NCBI GenBank assembly: GCA_020635725.1
Contig: JACJZF010000009.1
Location: 24,639 to 88,638, forward strand
Direction: 5' to 3'
Source of the DNA: Flavobacteriales bacterium
Lineage (GTDB): Bacteria > Bacteroidota > Bacteroidia > Flavobacteriales_F > PHOS-HE28
DNA: 64,000 nucleotides
Made by a program: the position numbers and the translations under genes. The notes below the pieces were generated by a model. That model searched no databases and had not been told where the DNA came from. It saw nothing but the letters and a program-made list of their open reading frames with translations. How positions within the stretch are numbered: the first letter of the stretch is position 1; every line of letters begins with the position of its first letter. Shown here piece after piece: positions 1 to 10,083 of the stretch.

Positions 1-399
1 GAGCTTGCCCGTGAGCTTGTGGTTCATCTTCATGTCGATGTGCTTCTTGGCCTTCTCCAGCGAGGCGAAGAAGCGCTCATCGTCGTATGGCTTCAGCAGG
101 TAATCCACGGCGTTCAGGTCGAAGGCCTTCAGCGCGTATTGGTCATGCGCGGTCACGAATACAACGAAGGGCATGCGCTCGGCGCCCATGCGGCTCACGG
201 CCTCGAGCCCGTTCATGTCGGGCATCTGCACATCGAGGAAGAGCAGGTCCGGGCGGTGCTTGTTCACGGCCTCCACCGCTTCGTGCCCGTTGCGGCATTC
301 GCCCACCACCTCCACTTCGGCATCCTGCGCGAGCAGGCGCGCGAGCCGGGCCCGTGCTGCGGGTTCGTCATCGACGATCAAGGTGCGTATGTGCTTCAT
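1..399 (-). CDS. response regulator, receiver domain (partial; C-terminal part lies beyond window start), probable LytTR-type partner of adjacent kinase
   Basis: Reverse translation from ATG at 399..397 reads MKHIRTLIVDDEPAARARLARLL...DVQMPDMNGLE...FVTAHDQYAL...DYLLKPY, a canonical CheY-like receiver domain. Start overlaps kinase stop as ATGA (396-399). Frame stays open to position 1. Confidence 0.75.
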   Translation of the reverse strand, partial: MKHIRTLIVDDEPAARARLARLLAQDAEVEVVGECRNGHEAVEAVNKHRPDLLFLDVQMPDMNGLEAVSRMGAERMPFVVFVTAHDQYALKAFDLNAVDYLLKPYDDERFFASLEKAKKHIDMKMNHKLTGKL

Positions 400-1532
400 G
401 ATATGCTGGTTGTTTGCAGGTCGTTCTCGAAAGGCAGGGTGACGGTCGCGCGGAAGCCCTTGCCATGCGGCGATTCCAAGTGCAGTGCGCCGCGATCGCC
501 ATAGAGCAGCCGCATGCGCTCGCTCACGTTGCGCAGACCGATTCCGCCATTCACCATCGCATGATGGACATCCTTGCAGCCCTTTCCGTTGTCTATCACT
601 TCCAGGCTCAACTGGCCATCCAACCGTTGGGCACGTATGCTGATCTCCACGCGCTCGGTGGTTGCGTCCGGGCCGTGCTTGATGGCGTTCTCCACCAACG
701 GCTGAAGCACGAGGCTGGGCACTTGCGCATCCATCAGGTCGGGCGGCACATCATAGCTCACCACCAGACGGTCGCGGAACCGGATGCTCTCGATGTCGAG
801 GTAGTTGCGGATGTAATCCACCTCCTGCTGCAGGGCGACCTTGTCGCGACGGCTCTTATCCAGTGTCACGCGCAGCAATTGCCCCAGGCGGCTCAGCACC
901 TTCCGCGCATCGTTGATATGGTCGTCCATGAGCGCGCTCACGGTATTGAGCGTGTTGAAGAGGAAGTGGGGCTGCAGCTGCTTCTTCAGCGCGTTGAGCT
1001 GGCTCACCTGCAGTTCGGTGCGTAGCCGCAGCAGCTGGTCATGCTCCACGCGTCGCATGCGCGCATTGTCCAGCGCCACCAGCACGCCCATGAGCACCCA
1101 GTACTCCATGGTGCGGGTGAAGATGGCGGGCACCAAGGCATGGTAGGCCCAGTCGCGGTACTTGGGGTCGCCGAAGTCGAACTCCCCGCGCACCTGCAGG
1201 ATGGCGTAGTAAAGTGAGGAGGTGACCACTTCATGGAAGGCGGCGATCGCGAAGCCGAGGCCCACCTGGATGAGCAGATTGCGCCACGGCGGACGCGCAT
1301 TGAAAGGCCAGCGCTGGAAAATGGAGTAGACCAAGGGGCAGAGCAGCGCCCAGAACAGGAAGTTGAGGTAGGGCACGGGGGCCTCGCGCCACCAATGGAA
1401 TTCGCCCATCTCTTTAAGGTCCTGGTACACATAGTGGTGCATATAGGCCTGCACCAGGAAAAGGGTGGCCAGGACCATGGCCGTGATGAGCACGGTACGG
1501 TACCGGATGGGCACGCGGCTGAAGTATGGCAT
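396..1532 (-). CDS. LytS/YehU-type sensor histidine kinase
   Basis: Given ORF 396..1670. Multi-TM N-terminus, then HFLFNTLNTVSALM (His_kinase internal region) and HATPase_c-like C-terminus (IEVIDNGKG...GIGLRNVSERMRLLYG). Start taken at ATG 1530-1532 (MPYFSR...); upstream in-frame starts are possible. Confidence 0.75.
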   Translation of the reverse strand: MPYFSRVPIRYRTVLITAMVLATLFLVQAYMHHYVYQDLKEMGEFHWWREAPVPYLNFLFWALLCPLVYSIFQRWPFNARPPWRNLLIQVGLGFAIAAFHEVVTSSLYYAILQVRGEFDFGDPKYRDWAYHALVPAIFTRTMEYWVLMGVLVALDNARMRRVEHDQLLRLRTELQVSQLNALKKQLQPHFLFNTLNTVSALMDDHINDARKVLSRLGQLLRVTLDKSRRDKVALQQEVDYIRNYLDIESIRFRDRLVVSYDVPPDLMDAQVPSLVLQPLVENAIKHGPDATTERVEISIRAQRLDGQLSLEVIDNGKGCKDVHHAMVNGGIGLRNVSERMRLLYGDRGALHLESPHGKGFRATVTLPFENDLQTTSIS

Positions 1533-1686
1533 GTGGCGGTTCACGAAGCTAGACCGGCCGGGAGGGGAGGTGGGACGAACGGTGATGGGCGGCAAGGGGC
1601 GTGACGAGCGGTTATCGGCGGGTACGGGTATCAAACGACGAAGCCACCGGTGCTTCCGGTGGCTTCGCAATCGAAGGGGCCAGCGA

Positions 1687-2487
1687 TCAGCCGATCGTCA
1701 CTGTGAAGGTGTTCCCGTTCACGGTAACGGTGAAGGTTCCATCGCAGGCGCCGTTGCCGTAGTCGATGGTGCGCAGGATCCCGCTGGCTGGGGTCACCTG
1801 CACGGTGCCGGCCGTGATGAACGGGCAGCTCAGGGCCACGCGAAGGGCTTGCGTGATCGCGGTGGTGTACGGAAGCCCATTGCGGTTCACGCCGCTGCCG
1901 CCACCGGTGATCAGGTACACATCGTCACTCAGTTCAGGGGTGCTCGCGCCTTCGATCCAGGTGCGCGTGCGCGCCGCGGTGTGCGTGGCGGTCCAGCTCC
2001 CATCAGCAGCGGTGATCGCGCCATTCACGGTGATGGCGAAGCTCAGCTGGTCATTCTCATTGTAACCGAGGTTCGTCACGGTCTTCACGCCGGTCACCAG
2101 GTTGTCATTCACGTAGTACTCCTCAGGGGTGATCGTGATCACGGTGCCCGCATCGCGGTAGCGGCCCGTGTAGGTGACCAGGATGCGGCCGCGGCGCTGG
2201 CGACCGTTGGATGCCGTGCAGTTCACATCGCCGAAGTCCAAGGTGAGGGTGCGCGGCGAGCTGGTGGTATCGAAGGTCACCTGCGGGTCGCAGGCATCGC
2301 GCAGTCCGTTGTCATCCACCGCCTTGTCCACTTGCGCGAGTATGTCATTGAAGACGTCCTCGGCGCGGGCGTTATCGCTGGCGCTCGTGTAGTCGAAATC
2401 GACCGGGTCATCGTCCTTGTCCTTGCGGCAGGCGGTGAGTGAGAAGGCGAACAAGCCGGTGAGCAACAGGAATTTCGTGGGTCGCAT
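1687..2487 (-). CDS. putative lipoprotein, function unknown
   Basis: Given ORF 1687..2523. Second Met gives MRPTKFLLLTGLFAFSLTACRKDKDDD, a signal peptide plus lipobox-like Cys. No recognisable domain. Confidence 0.5.
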   Translation of the reverse strand: MRPTKFLLLTGLFAFSLTACRKDKDDDPVDFDYTSASDNARAEDVFNDILAQVDKAVDDNGLRDACDPQVTFDTTSSPRTLTLDFGDVNCTASNGRQRRGRILVTYTGRYRDAGTVITITPEEYYVNDNLVTGVKTVTNLGYNENDQLSFAITVNGAITAADGSWTATHTAARTRTWIEGASTPELSDDVYLITGGGSGVNRNGLPYTTAITQALRVALSCPFITAGTVQVTPASGILRTIDYGNGACDGTFTVTVNGNTFTVTIG

Positions 2488-2547
2488 GGGTGCGTTGTTG
2501 TGTATCGCGGCCTTAGGACGCAATCATCGGGCCGGAGGTTTGATCGC

Positions 2548-3054
2548 TCAGCGCCGCTCGAGCAGAACGAAGGAGAACGCATGGGCGTGACGCGCATCGG
2601 CCTCATGGCGTGTGCGGCTCACCTCGGTCCATTCCGCCGGGTCGATGGCCGGAAAACGGGTATCGCCGTTCACCTCGGCGTGCACCAGGGTGAGGTCAAG
2701 CCGGTCCACGAGCCGATGCTCCAGGGCCTCGCGGTAGATCTGCCCCCCACCGATCAAGAAGACCTCCTTCTCTCCGGCCTCACGCGCGATGCGCAGCGCT
2801 TCTTCCAACGAGCCCACCACCACGGCACCCGGCGCCTCGTAACGCGGGTTCCGGCTCACCACCAGATTCACGCGGTCCTTCAGCGGACGGTACTTCGGCG
2901 GTATGCTCTCGTAGTTCTTGCGGCCGGTGATCACATGGTGGCCGCGCGTGGTGCGCTGGAAATGCGCCATGTCATCGGGCAGGTGCCAGGGCAGGTCGCC
3001 ATCGCGGCCAATCGTGCCGTTGTCCGCCACGGCGGCGATCGCGGTGACGATCAT
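2548..3054 (-). CDS. folA: dihydrofolate reductase
   Basis: [36 protein letters not shown]...[12 protein letters not shown] is the DHFR signature. 4-nt overlap with thyA, the classic thyA-folA pair. Confidence 0.9.
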   Translation of the reverse strand: MIVTAIAAVADNGTIGRDGDLPWHLPDDMAHFQRTTRGHHVITGRKNYESIPPKYRPLKDRVNLVVSRNPRYEAPGAVVVGSLEEALRIAREAGEKEVFLIGGGQIYREALEHRLVDRLDLTLVHAEVNGDTRFPAIDPAEWTEVSRTRHEADARHAHAFSFVLLERR

Positions 3055-3866
3055 ACGCTCACGGCCGCCTTGATGTGCGGGTGCGGGTCGTAGTCCTTCA
3101 GCGCGAAGTGCTCGTAGCGGAAGGCGAACAGGTCGGTGATGCTCGGGTCGATCTCCATGCGCGGCAGCGGACGCGGCTCACGGGTCAGCTGCAATTTGGC
3201 CTGCTCGATGTGGTCGTTGTACAGGTGCACGTCGCCGAAGCTGTGCACGAATTCGCCGGGTTTCAGGCCGCACACCTGGGCCATCATCAGGGTGAGCAGT
3301 GCGTAGCTCGCGATGTTGAAGGGCACGCCGAGGAAAGTGTCGGCGCTGCGCTGGTAGAGCTGGCAGCTCAGCTTGCCAGCCTGCCCCGGGCTTGACCCCG
3401 GGGCCACGTAGAACTGGAACATGGTGTGGCAGGGTGGAAGGGCCATACGGTCCACATCGGCCGGGTTCCATGCCGTCACGATCAAGCGGCGTGAATCGGG
3501 GCTGCGTTTGATCATCTCCACCACGTTGGCGATCTGGTCGATCACGCGGCCATCGGGCGTATGCCAGCTGCGCCATTGGTAACCGTACACCGGTCCGAGG
3601 TTGCCATCGGCATCGGCCCACTCGTCCCAGATGCGCACGCCGTTGTCCTGCAGGTACTTGATGTTCGTGTCGCCCGCCAGGAACCAGAGCAGCTCATGGA
3701 TGATGCTCTTCACATGCAGCTTCTTCGTGGTCACGAGCGGGAAGCCCTCGCTCAGGTCGAAGCGCATCTGGTGCCCGAAGCAGCTGATGGTGCCGGTGCC
3801 GGTGCGGTCGTGCTTCTGCACGCCCTCATCGAGGATGCGGCGCAGGAGGTCGTGGTAAGCCTTCAT
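3051..3866 (-). CDS. thyA: thymidylate synthase
   Basis: [51 protein letters not shown]...YGYQWRSW; full-length ThyA motifs. Confidence 0.95.
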   Translation of the reverse strand: MKAYHDLLRRILDEGVQKHDRTGTGTISCFGHQMRFDLSEGFPLVTTKKLHVKSIIHELLWFLAGDTNIKYLQDNGVRIWDEWADADGNLGPVYGYQWRSWHTPDGRVIDQIANVVEMIKRSPDSRRLIVTAWNPADVDRMALPPCHTMFQFYVAPGSSPGQAGKLSCQLYQRSADTFLGVPFNIASYALLTLMMAQVCGLKPGEFVHSFGDVHLYNDHIEQAKLQLTREPRPLPRMEIDPSITDLFAFRYEHFALKDYDPHPHIKAAVSV

Positions 3867-3946
3867 GATAAGCGATGCGAAGGTACCTCGCGCGTAGACT
3901 GGGCACGGGCGGACGATTATCCAGTTGCTAACCGCTGTCGAAAACC

Positions 3947-5377
3947 TCAGATGCGCGGGAGCTGCCCTTCATCAGGCGGCGGCGCTTCTTCCGGCTTCCA
4001 ATCGGGCATGGCCTTCAGCAGGCGCTCCTTCATGCGCTCGTAGTAGCTCTTGCGGTCCACCACGTAGGCGATGAGGTAGCCTACCACGCTGGCGTACATC
4101 AGCTGGAAGATGGCGCTGTGGCGGTCGGTCATCTCCAGCACGAGGATGGCGCTGGTGAAGGGCGAGCGTGTGACGCCGCTGAGGAAAGCGGTCATACCAG
4201 CGAGCACCAGCAGGTTGAACTGGCCACGGTTGTCGGCCAACCCGAGCGCATCGGTGAGCCAGCCGCCGATGGCCGCGCCGCTGGCGAGCGAGGGGGCGAA
4301 GATGCCGCCCGCGCCGCCGGCGGAGAAGCTGAAGAGCGAGCCGAAGACACGCCCTACGACATTGGAGGCCGTGGCGTCGGGCTCGTCGGAGAAGAGGTAG
4401 TCCTGCAGGAGATGATGGCCGCTGCCGAGAGCTGCGCCGCTAATGAAATAGACCACCGTGGCGAAGGCGAGCGAGCAGGCCACGGTGAATAGCGCGTTGG
4501 CGGCGAAGCCGTGCAGACCGCGCCGGAACTTGTCGAAGGCGATGAGGCCACGGCAGAATAGCGCGCCGGTGCAGCCCGCGATGGTGGAGAGCAGCAGGAT
4601 CTTGTACATGAAGCTGACGGTGGCGGGGGCCAGCTTCGGGTAGCCGAGCATGAGGTAGGGACCGAGCAGCCATTGCGCGGTCATGCCGCTCAGGATCACT
4701 GCGGTGAGCACGGCCGTGCGAAACTGCGCGATGTGCGTCTTGGTGAGCTCCTCCACGGCGAACACGATTCCGCCGAGCGGGGTATTGAAGGCCGCGCTGA
4801 GGCCGGCAGCACCCCCGGTGATCATCATGATGCGACGGCTCACCTTGGGCCAGAAGGGCGGAAGCAGCCGGTGCACGGTGCGGTAGATACTGCCCGCGAT
4901 CTGCAATGTGGGGCCCTCGCGCCCGATGGCGCCGCCGCCGATCACCATGGCCAGGCTGCTGGTCATCTTGATCAGCAGGATGCGGAGGTTGAGGAAGCGG
5001 CCGCTGCGGTCGCGCTTCTTCTCCGTGGCCACCTCCACGGCGGCCATGAGCTGCGGGATGCCGCTGCCGCTGGCCAACGGCGCGAAGCGGAACACCAGCC
5101 ACCAGGCCGCGAAGAAGCTGATGGGCGCCGTGAGGAAGATCAAGCGACGGTCGAAGGCGAGGAGCTCGGCGTTGCGCTCGCCCATCCAGTTGAAGAGCCA
5201 GGTGTAGCCTACGGCGATTCCTGCGGTAAGCACGGCCGAGATCTGGTAGGGGAGCGCCAGCAGAATGAAATCCTTCGCCCTGCTGCGCACCACCCATTGG
5301 CGGAAGCGCTCGAGCAGCCCCGATGCGGTGCTGAGCCAGCGGTCGGTGACGGAGGGGCGTGGTGCCGGTTCGGGCAT
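3947..5377 (-). CDS. ClC-family chloride channel / H+-Cl- antiporter
   Basis: [14 protein letters not shown] and GGAIGREGP-like motifs; a polytopic membrane protein of about 476 aa. Confidence 0.8.
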   Translation of the reverse strand: MPEPAPRPSVTDRWLSTASGLLERFRQWVVRSRAKDFILLALPYQISAVLTAGIAVGYTWLFNWMGERNAELLAFDRRLIFLTAPISFFAAWWLVFRFAPLASGSGIPQLMAAVEVATEKKRDRSGRFLNLRILLIKMTSSLAMVIGGGAIGREGPTLQIAGSIYRTVHRLLPPFWPKVSRRIMMITGGAAGLSAAFNTPLGGIVFAVEELTKTHIAQFRTAVLTAVILSGMTAQWLLGPYLMLGYPKLAPATVSFMYKILLLSTIAGCTGALFCRGLIAFDKFRRGLHGFAANALFTVACSLAFATVVYFISGAALGSGHHLLQDYLFSDEPDATASNVVGRVFGSLFSFSAGGAGGIFAPSLASGAAIGGWLTDALGLADNRGQFNLLVLAGMTAFLSGVTRSPFTSAILVLEMTDRHSAIFQLMYASVVGYLIAYVVDRKSYYERMKERLLKAMPDWKPEEAPPPDEGQLPRI

Positions 5378-5457
5378 GGCGGCGAAACTAGCCCCTCATG
5401 CCGAAGCATCCGGGATCGGGAGCCGCCGGTTGCCAACAATGGCGCGGCGCAACGCGC

Positions 5458-7077
5458 TCACGGTTCTTCGCCCAGCTTCGCGAGGTCGATCACGGTGAAG
5501 CGGTACCCCGTAGCGCGGTCATAGCTCTTCACCAAAGCGCGGGTGCCGCCCCATTCGAGCACGGTGCCCATGGGGCACGGCACGAAGGAGTCGGTCATCT
5601 GCAGTGCGGTGCCTTCACGCTTCACCGTGCCATCGCTGCTGAGGAACACGGCCTTCAGCACCTGCGGTTCCTCGGGCAGGCTCTTCTCGCTGGCGGCGGC
5701 GCCGGTCTTCAGGATGGCATCGTAGCCGCGCGGCGTGTGGTTGTGCAGCAGCAGCAGCGCATCCTTCATCTCCACGGCCACGCTGCCCTCGTAGCCTTGT
5801 CCGGCGGTGGTCATCAGGGCACGGTCGATCACCTTCTGCCAGCCTATGCTGTCGTTGGGCAGCACCTGGCTCACGCGCAACGCGCCGCTCAGGTGGCGCA
5901 TGGCGATGGCATCGCTCATCTGCAGTGGGAACTGATATTCCAAGTAGGTCTCCACCACCAGCATGCCGCCATCCGCGCCGGGGAGCAGGTCCACGATCTC
6001 ATCGGGCACCTTCGCGGTGCGGGCCACGGGCTTGCGTGGATCGGCGGTGGGGTCGCCGTAAGCCATCAGCTTCGCCTTGCGGATGCTGGGCAGGCGTTGC
6101 GTGGCCACCGGCGTGGGCTTCAACTTCGGGTCCGCGGGGTCGAAGCTCATCACCAGCCCCGGCTGCCCGGTGAGCGAACCGTAGCGCAGCGCCACGGCCA
6201 GCTTGCCTTCTCCGCGTTCCAGCAGGCGCGCGCTGCTGATGAAGTCCTTCTCGATCAGCACATCGCTCACGCTGCTGCCTTTCTCGGTGATGGTGGTGAG
6301 GTGCAACTCGTGGCAGTTCTTATCGGCCATCTGGCCATCGCCAGTGCAGGGGAACACATAGGTGAGCAGGTGCACGGTACCCTCATTCGTCACGAGGATC
6401 TGGTGGATGCTGCTCTGGGCATCCTCGTACGGCAGCTCCACGGTGCTCTCCCACAGCGTGGTCAGGTCCTTGTCCAGCCAGGCCAGGCCGAGGCGCTTCA
6501 TGCCTTTGCTGTGATGCGTGTAGTGGTTCAGCAGGTGGTGCTGCCCATCGGGCGAGCTCACGAGGCGCTCGGTCTGGGCATAGGCGAGCCCTCGGGTGAA
6601 CAGGATGGGGTCCGGAAGGGGGCGCATCGCCATGGTGTTCGCGGGCTCGTTCGCATACGGGATCTCGAACGCGGCCAAGCGATGGAAGCCCTGCAAGGCG
6701 AGTCCGGGCCCCACTTCAGCCGTGCCGAATTCGCAGCCTTTCTTGCCTGCGCTCACCAGCAGCACATGCAGCCGGCCATCGCGGATCACCGGGCGCACTC
6801 CGGTCCATTTCAGCCCGTCGAGCATCACGTCCTTGAGCACCAGTTCCTCGGTCGGCTGCAGCAGCGCATCGAGTCGAACCGCTTTCGGTGTGAGGCCCTC
6901 CTCCACGTAAAGGAGGAGTCGCCCGTCCTCGGCGAACAGTCCATCAACCACAGTGAGGATGTCGCCGCTGGAGCCTTTGAGCAGGCGCTCGAACGGCTTG
7001 CCTTGCTGGACAACGGTTGGCTGGGCGGCGATGGTGAAATGCGCGAGCAGCGCGGCAATCAAAAACGCACGGTGCAT
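5458..7077 (-). CDS. secreted hypothetical protein (N-terminal signal peptide)
   Basis: The supplied ORF 5458..8775 (1105 aa) runs antisense through the MBOAT gene. The plausible start is the internal ATG at 7075-7077, giving MHRAFLIAALLAHFTIAAQP (signal peptide). No recognisable domain. Confidence 0.5.
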   Translation of the reverse strand: MHRAFLIAALLAHFTIAAQPTVVQQGKPFERLLKGSSGDILTVVDGLFAEDGRLLLYVEEGLTPKAVRLDALLQPTEELVLKDVMLDGLKWTGVRPVIRDGRLHVLLVSAGKKGCEFGTAEVGPGLALQGFHRLAAFEIPYANEPANTMAMRPLPDPILFTRGLAYAQTERLVSSPDGQHHLLNHYTHHSKGMKRLGLAWLDKDLTTLWESTVELPYEDAQSSIHQILVTNEGTVHLLTYVFPCTGDGQMADKNCHELHLTTITEKGSSVSDVLIEKDFISSARLLERGEGKLAVALRYGSLTGQPGLVMSFDPADPKLKPTPVATQRLPSIRKAKLMAYGDPTADPRKPVARTAKVPDEIVDLLPGADGGMLVVETYLEYQFPLQMSDAIAMRHLSGALRVSQVLPNDSIGWQKVIDRALMTTAGQGYEGSVAVEMKDALLLLHNHTPRGYDAILKTGAAASEKSLPEEPQVLKAVFLSSDGTVKREGTALQMTDSFVPCPMGTVLEWGGTRALVKSYDRATGYRFTVIDLAKLGEEP

Positions 7078-7218
7078 CTTTCGGTCCTTTGGGTCGGTGA
7101 ATGTAGAAGCCCTGCCTGGACGAGCCTTGCTGCCACATGCGCAACAACGGCCATGGCCTTGCCGTATGCACGGGCTGCCGAGGTAGTTTCGCCCACCTAA
7201 GAACAGACCCGGCGGCGC

Positions 7219-8688
7219 ATGCTCTTCAACTCGCTCGACTTCCTGGTCTTCTTCCCGGTAGTCGCGCTGCTCTTCTTCCTCCTGCCGCCCAACAGGCGCT
7301 GGATCCTGCTGCTCATCGCCAGCTACTGGTTCTACATGAGCTGGCGGCCGGAGTACGCGTTGCTCATCGCCTTCAGCACGGTGATCGATTACTTCTGCTC
7401 GTATCGCATGTCCGCCATTCCGGACAAGCGCGGCCGACGACCCTACCTCTGGCTGAGCATGACCACCAACCTGGGTCTGCTGATCTTCTACAAGTACCTC
7501 GGCTTCTTCCTGCGTTCGGCGGGCTCGGCGGCGCACGCCATGGGGCTCGATTGGCAGGCGCCGGTGCTCGATGTGCTGCTCCCCGTGGGCATCAGCTTCT
7601 ACACCTTCCAGACCATGAGCTACACCATCGACGTGTACAACGGCGTGGTGAGGCCCGAGAAGCATGCGGGCATCTTCGCCGTGTTCGTGGCCTTCTTCCC
7701 GCAGCTGGTGGCTGGTCCCATCGAGCGCGCGGGCTCCTTGCTCCCGCAGTTCCGCATGGTGCAGCGCTTCGATGCCGACCGCGTGGCGAGCGGATTGCGC
7801 CTGATGGCCTGGGGCATGTTCAAGAAGGTGGTCATAGCCGATCGGATCGCCGTGGCCGTGAACCACGTGTACGGCGCGCCGCATGATTACCCGGGCCCCG
7901 TGCTCGCGCTGGCCACGGTGCTCTTCGCCCTGCAGATCTATTGCGACTTCAGCGGCTATAGCGACATCGCCATCGGCACCGCGCGCGTGCTCGGCTTCAG
8001 CCTCATGCTCAACTTCCGACAGCCTTATCACGCGGCGAGCATCTCCGAGTTCTGGAAGCGCTGGCACATCTCGCTCAGCACCTGGTTCCGCGATTACGTG
8101 TACATCCCGCTCGGCGGCAATCGCACGGTGAAGTGGCGCTGGTACTACAACCTGTTCATCACCTTCCTGGTGAGTGGCCTGTGGCATGGCGCCAACTGGA
8201 CCTTCGTGGCCTGGGGCGCGCTGCACGGCATCTATCTGGTGCTCGCGATCGTGTTCGATCCGCTTCGATCGCGCCTCGCATCGGCGCTCGGGTTGAAGCG
8301 CATCCCGCGGATCACGCATCTGTTCAATGTGGCCTGGACGATCCTGCTCGTGCTCATCGGCTGGGTCTTCTTCCGCGCCGATGATATCGGTGATGCGATG
8401 CACATCATCCGTGCGTCGTTCACGGGGCACGCGGGCTGGCTCGACCCGGCTCAGGCGAAGGCCTTCGTGCAGGCGCTGGGGCTCGGTGCCACCGAGCTGG
8501 CCATCGCAGGCTGTGCCATCGTTTTCATGGAGGCCGTCCATCTCATCCAGGCGCGTTGGGGCGCATCGGTCTTCCTGGCTCGCATGCCGGCGCTGGCGCG
8601 GTACGGCGTCTACACCGCGATGCTGGCCACACTGATCTACTACGGCGCGTACCATGGCGGCGGCCAGTTCATCTATTTCCAGTTCTAG
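7219..8688 (+). CDS. MBOAT-family membrane-bound O-acyltransferase (AlgI/DltB-like)
   Basis: MLFNSLDFLVFFPVVALLFF..., multi-TM, with the conserved WHISLSTWFRDYVYIPLGGNR and GLWHGANW histidine motifs of MBOAT. Confidence 0.85.
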   Translation: MLFNSLDFLVFFPVVALLFFLLPPNRRWILLLIASYWFYMSWRPEYALLIAFSTVIDYFCSYRMSAIPDKRGRRPYLWLSMTTNLGLLIFYKYLGFFLRSAGSAAHAMGLDWQAPVLDVLLPVGISFYTFQTMSYTIDVYNGVVRPEKHAGIFAVFVAFFPQLVAGPIERAGSLLPQFRMVQRFDADRVASGLRLMAWGMFKKVVIADRIAVAVNHVYGAPHDYPGPVLALATVLFALQIYCDFSGYSDIAIGTARVLGFSLMLNFRQPYHAASISEFWKRWHISLSTWFRDYVYIPLGGNRTVKWRWYYNLFITFLVSGLWHGANWTFVAWGALHGIYLVLAIVFDPLRSRLASALGLKRIPRITHLFNVAWTILLVLIGWVFFRADDIGDAMHIIRASFTGHAGWLDPAQAKAFVQALGLGATELAIAGCAIVFMEAVHLIQARWGASVFLARMPALARYGVYTAMLATLIYYGAYHGGGQFIYFQF

Positions 8689-8689
8689 C

Positions 8690-9634
8690 ATGAAGCGCCT
8701 GGTCCGCTGGCTCATCCTCCTGGCACTGCCCTTCGTGCTGCTGCTTGGTGGTGCCGCATGGATCGATCCCTTCAACTATTTCGATGGGCCGAGCCCTGTG
8801 CCTTTGGAAACGCGCAGGGCGAACCTGCGCCATAGCGGTGAGACCATGCCGTACTACACGCTCGCATGGAAGCTCATCGAGTACAAGCGGCGACCTGTGG
8901 CCGATATCATCATCGGCGATTCGCGCCTCACGCGATTCGATGCCGCACTCGTATCCTCGATCACCGGTCGCGAGCTGTACAACTTCGGGGTGCCTGGCGG
9001 CAACACGCCCAGCATGTTCCGCACGTTCTGGTACGCGGATAGCCTGACGCGGCTGGAGCACGTGTACCTGCAGACAGGTTTCCGCAACTGGTCGGCGACT
9101 CAGGACTACGATATCTGGGAAGGACCGGCATGGGTGTCGGAATCGGTTGTTCACTATGTCACCGATCGCGAAGTGCTCGGCGCGGCATGGCTGGCGGCGC
9201 GTGCGCAATGGGCACCCGGCGGCGTGAAGCCCGAGCCTTTAGCCTCGGATCAGTGGGAGAAGGTGATCGCGAACGAGCGAGGTATCCAGAAGGCCTACGC
9301 ACCGGCACCCCGATTCGCCGATGAGCTACGCCGCGTGGCTCAACGCTGCAAGGAGCGCGGCATCGAACTGGTGATCATCGACCTGCCCGTGCATGATGAG
9401 GTGCACCGCATGGAGAAGGAAGAAGGTCGGGAAGCGGAGATCGCGGACTACAAGCGGCTCATGCGGTCGACCGCGGATTACTACGATTTTTCGGGGCCCA
9501 GTGCGATCACCGTCGACCGCGCGGAGTACATCGATGCGCTGCACACGAGCAAGGAGCTGCTCGACGGGGTGATCCGCGAGATCTGGCAGGGCCCGTTGGT
9601 GAACGGGACCTTCAACGGCGATACCCTGCGCTGA
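8690..9634 (+). CDS. AlgJ/DltD-like accessory protein paired with the MBOAT acyltransferase
   Basis: Starts 2 nt after the MBOAT stop (ATG 8690; MKRLVRWLILLALPFVLLLGG signal/anchor). IIGDSRLTRF... resembles the SGNH/DltD-type proteins that partner MBOAT enzymes. The call rests on motif and context only. Confidence 0.55.
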   Translation: MKRLVRWLILLALPFVLLLGGAAWIDPFNYFDGPSPVPLETRRANLRHSGETMPYYTLAWKLIEYKRRPVADIIIGDSRLTRFDAALVSSITGRELYNFGVPGGNTPSMFRTFWYADSLTRLEHVYLQTGFRNWSATQDYDIWEGPAWVSESVVHYVTDREVLGAAWLAARAQWAPGGVKPEPLASDQWEKVIANERGIQKAYAPAPRFADELRRVAQRCKERGIELVIIDLPVHDEVHRMEKEEGREAEIADYKRLMRSTADYYDFSGPSAITVDRAEYIDALHTSKELLDGVIREIWQGPLVNGTFNGDTLR

Positions 9635-9660
9635 TCCTGCTGTCCTGTGCGCCCCTTTCC

Positions 9661-10035
9661 GGGTCGACGATAACGCTCAGCGCCCGACGATGCTGATGCC
9701 TTCGACCCCTTCAGGGTCGAGATAACGCTCAGCGCCCGACGATGCTGATGCCTTCGACCCCTTCAGGGTCGACGATAATGCTCATCGCCCGACGATGCTG
9801 ATGCCTTCGACCTCCTCAGGGTCGGCGATAATGCTCTGCGCCCGACGATGCTGATGCCTTCGACCCCTTCAGGGTCGACGATAATGCTCTGCGCCCGATG
9901 ATGCTTCGCCCCTCGACCCTGAAAGGGTCGCAGGCATGAGATGGTGATCGTTAGCGCGCCCCCGACCCTGAAAGGGTCGCAGGCATGAGATGGTGATTGT
10001 TAGCGCGCCCCCCGACCCTGAACGGGTCGCAGGCC
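9661..10035. repeat. tandem array: 5 copies of a ~53-bp unit, then 2 copies of a ~50-bp variant and a partial copy; each unit contains a perfect GACCC...GGGTC palindrome
   Basis: Read directly from the sequence. Units start at 9661, 9714, 9766, 9819, 9872 (type A: gggtcgacgataacgctcagcgcccgacgatgctgatgccttcgaccccttca). Units at 9925 and 9974 are type B (gggtcgcaggcatgagatggtgatygttagcgcgcccccgaccctgaaa). A partial copy lies at 10024-10035. The array sits in the convergent intergenic space between 9634 (+ gene end) and 10084 (- gene end). Confidence 0.85.
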
Positions 10036-10083
10036 AAACCTCTTATTCTGATACGAAATCGGCGCTAGCCAGCGCAACCTGCG

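Noticed and set aside
5398-7200. 600-aa plus-strand ORF
   Set aside because: It lies antisense to the secreted 539-aa protein and shows no signal of function.
5458-8775. 1105-aa minus-strand ORF
   Set aside because: Its upstream approx 565 codons run antisense through the clearly genuine MBOAT gene and have Arg/Ala/Gly/His-rich antisense composition. The real gene starts at the internal signal-peptide Met (7077).
9661-10035. Possible CRISPR array, given regularly spaced palindromic repeats
   Set aside because: The segments between palindromes are near-identical across units rather than unique spacers. The unit (about 53 bp in total) is a simple tandem repeat, and no cas genes are present in the window.
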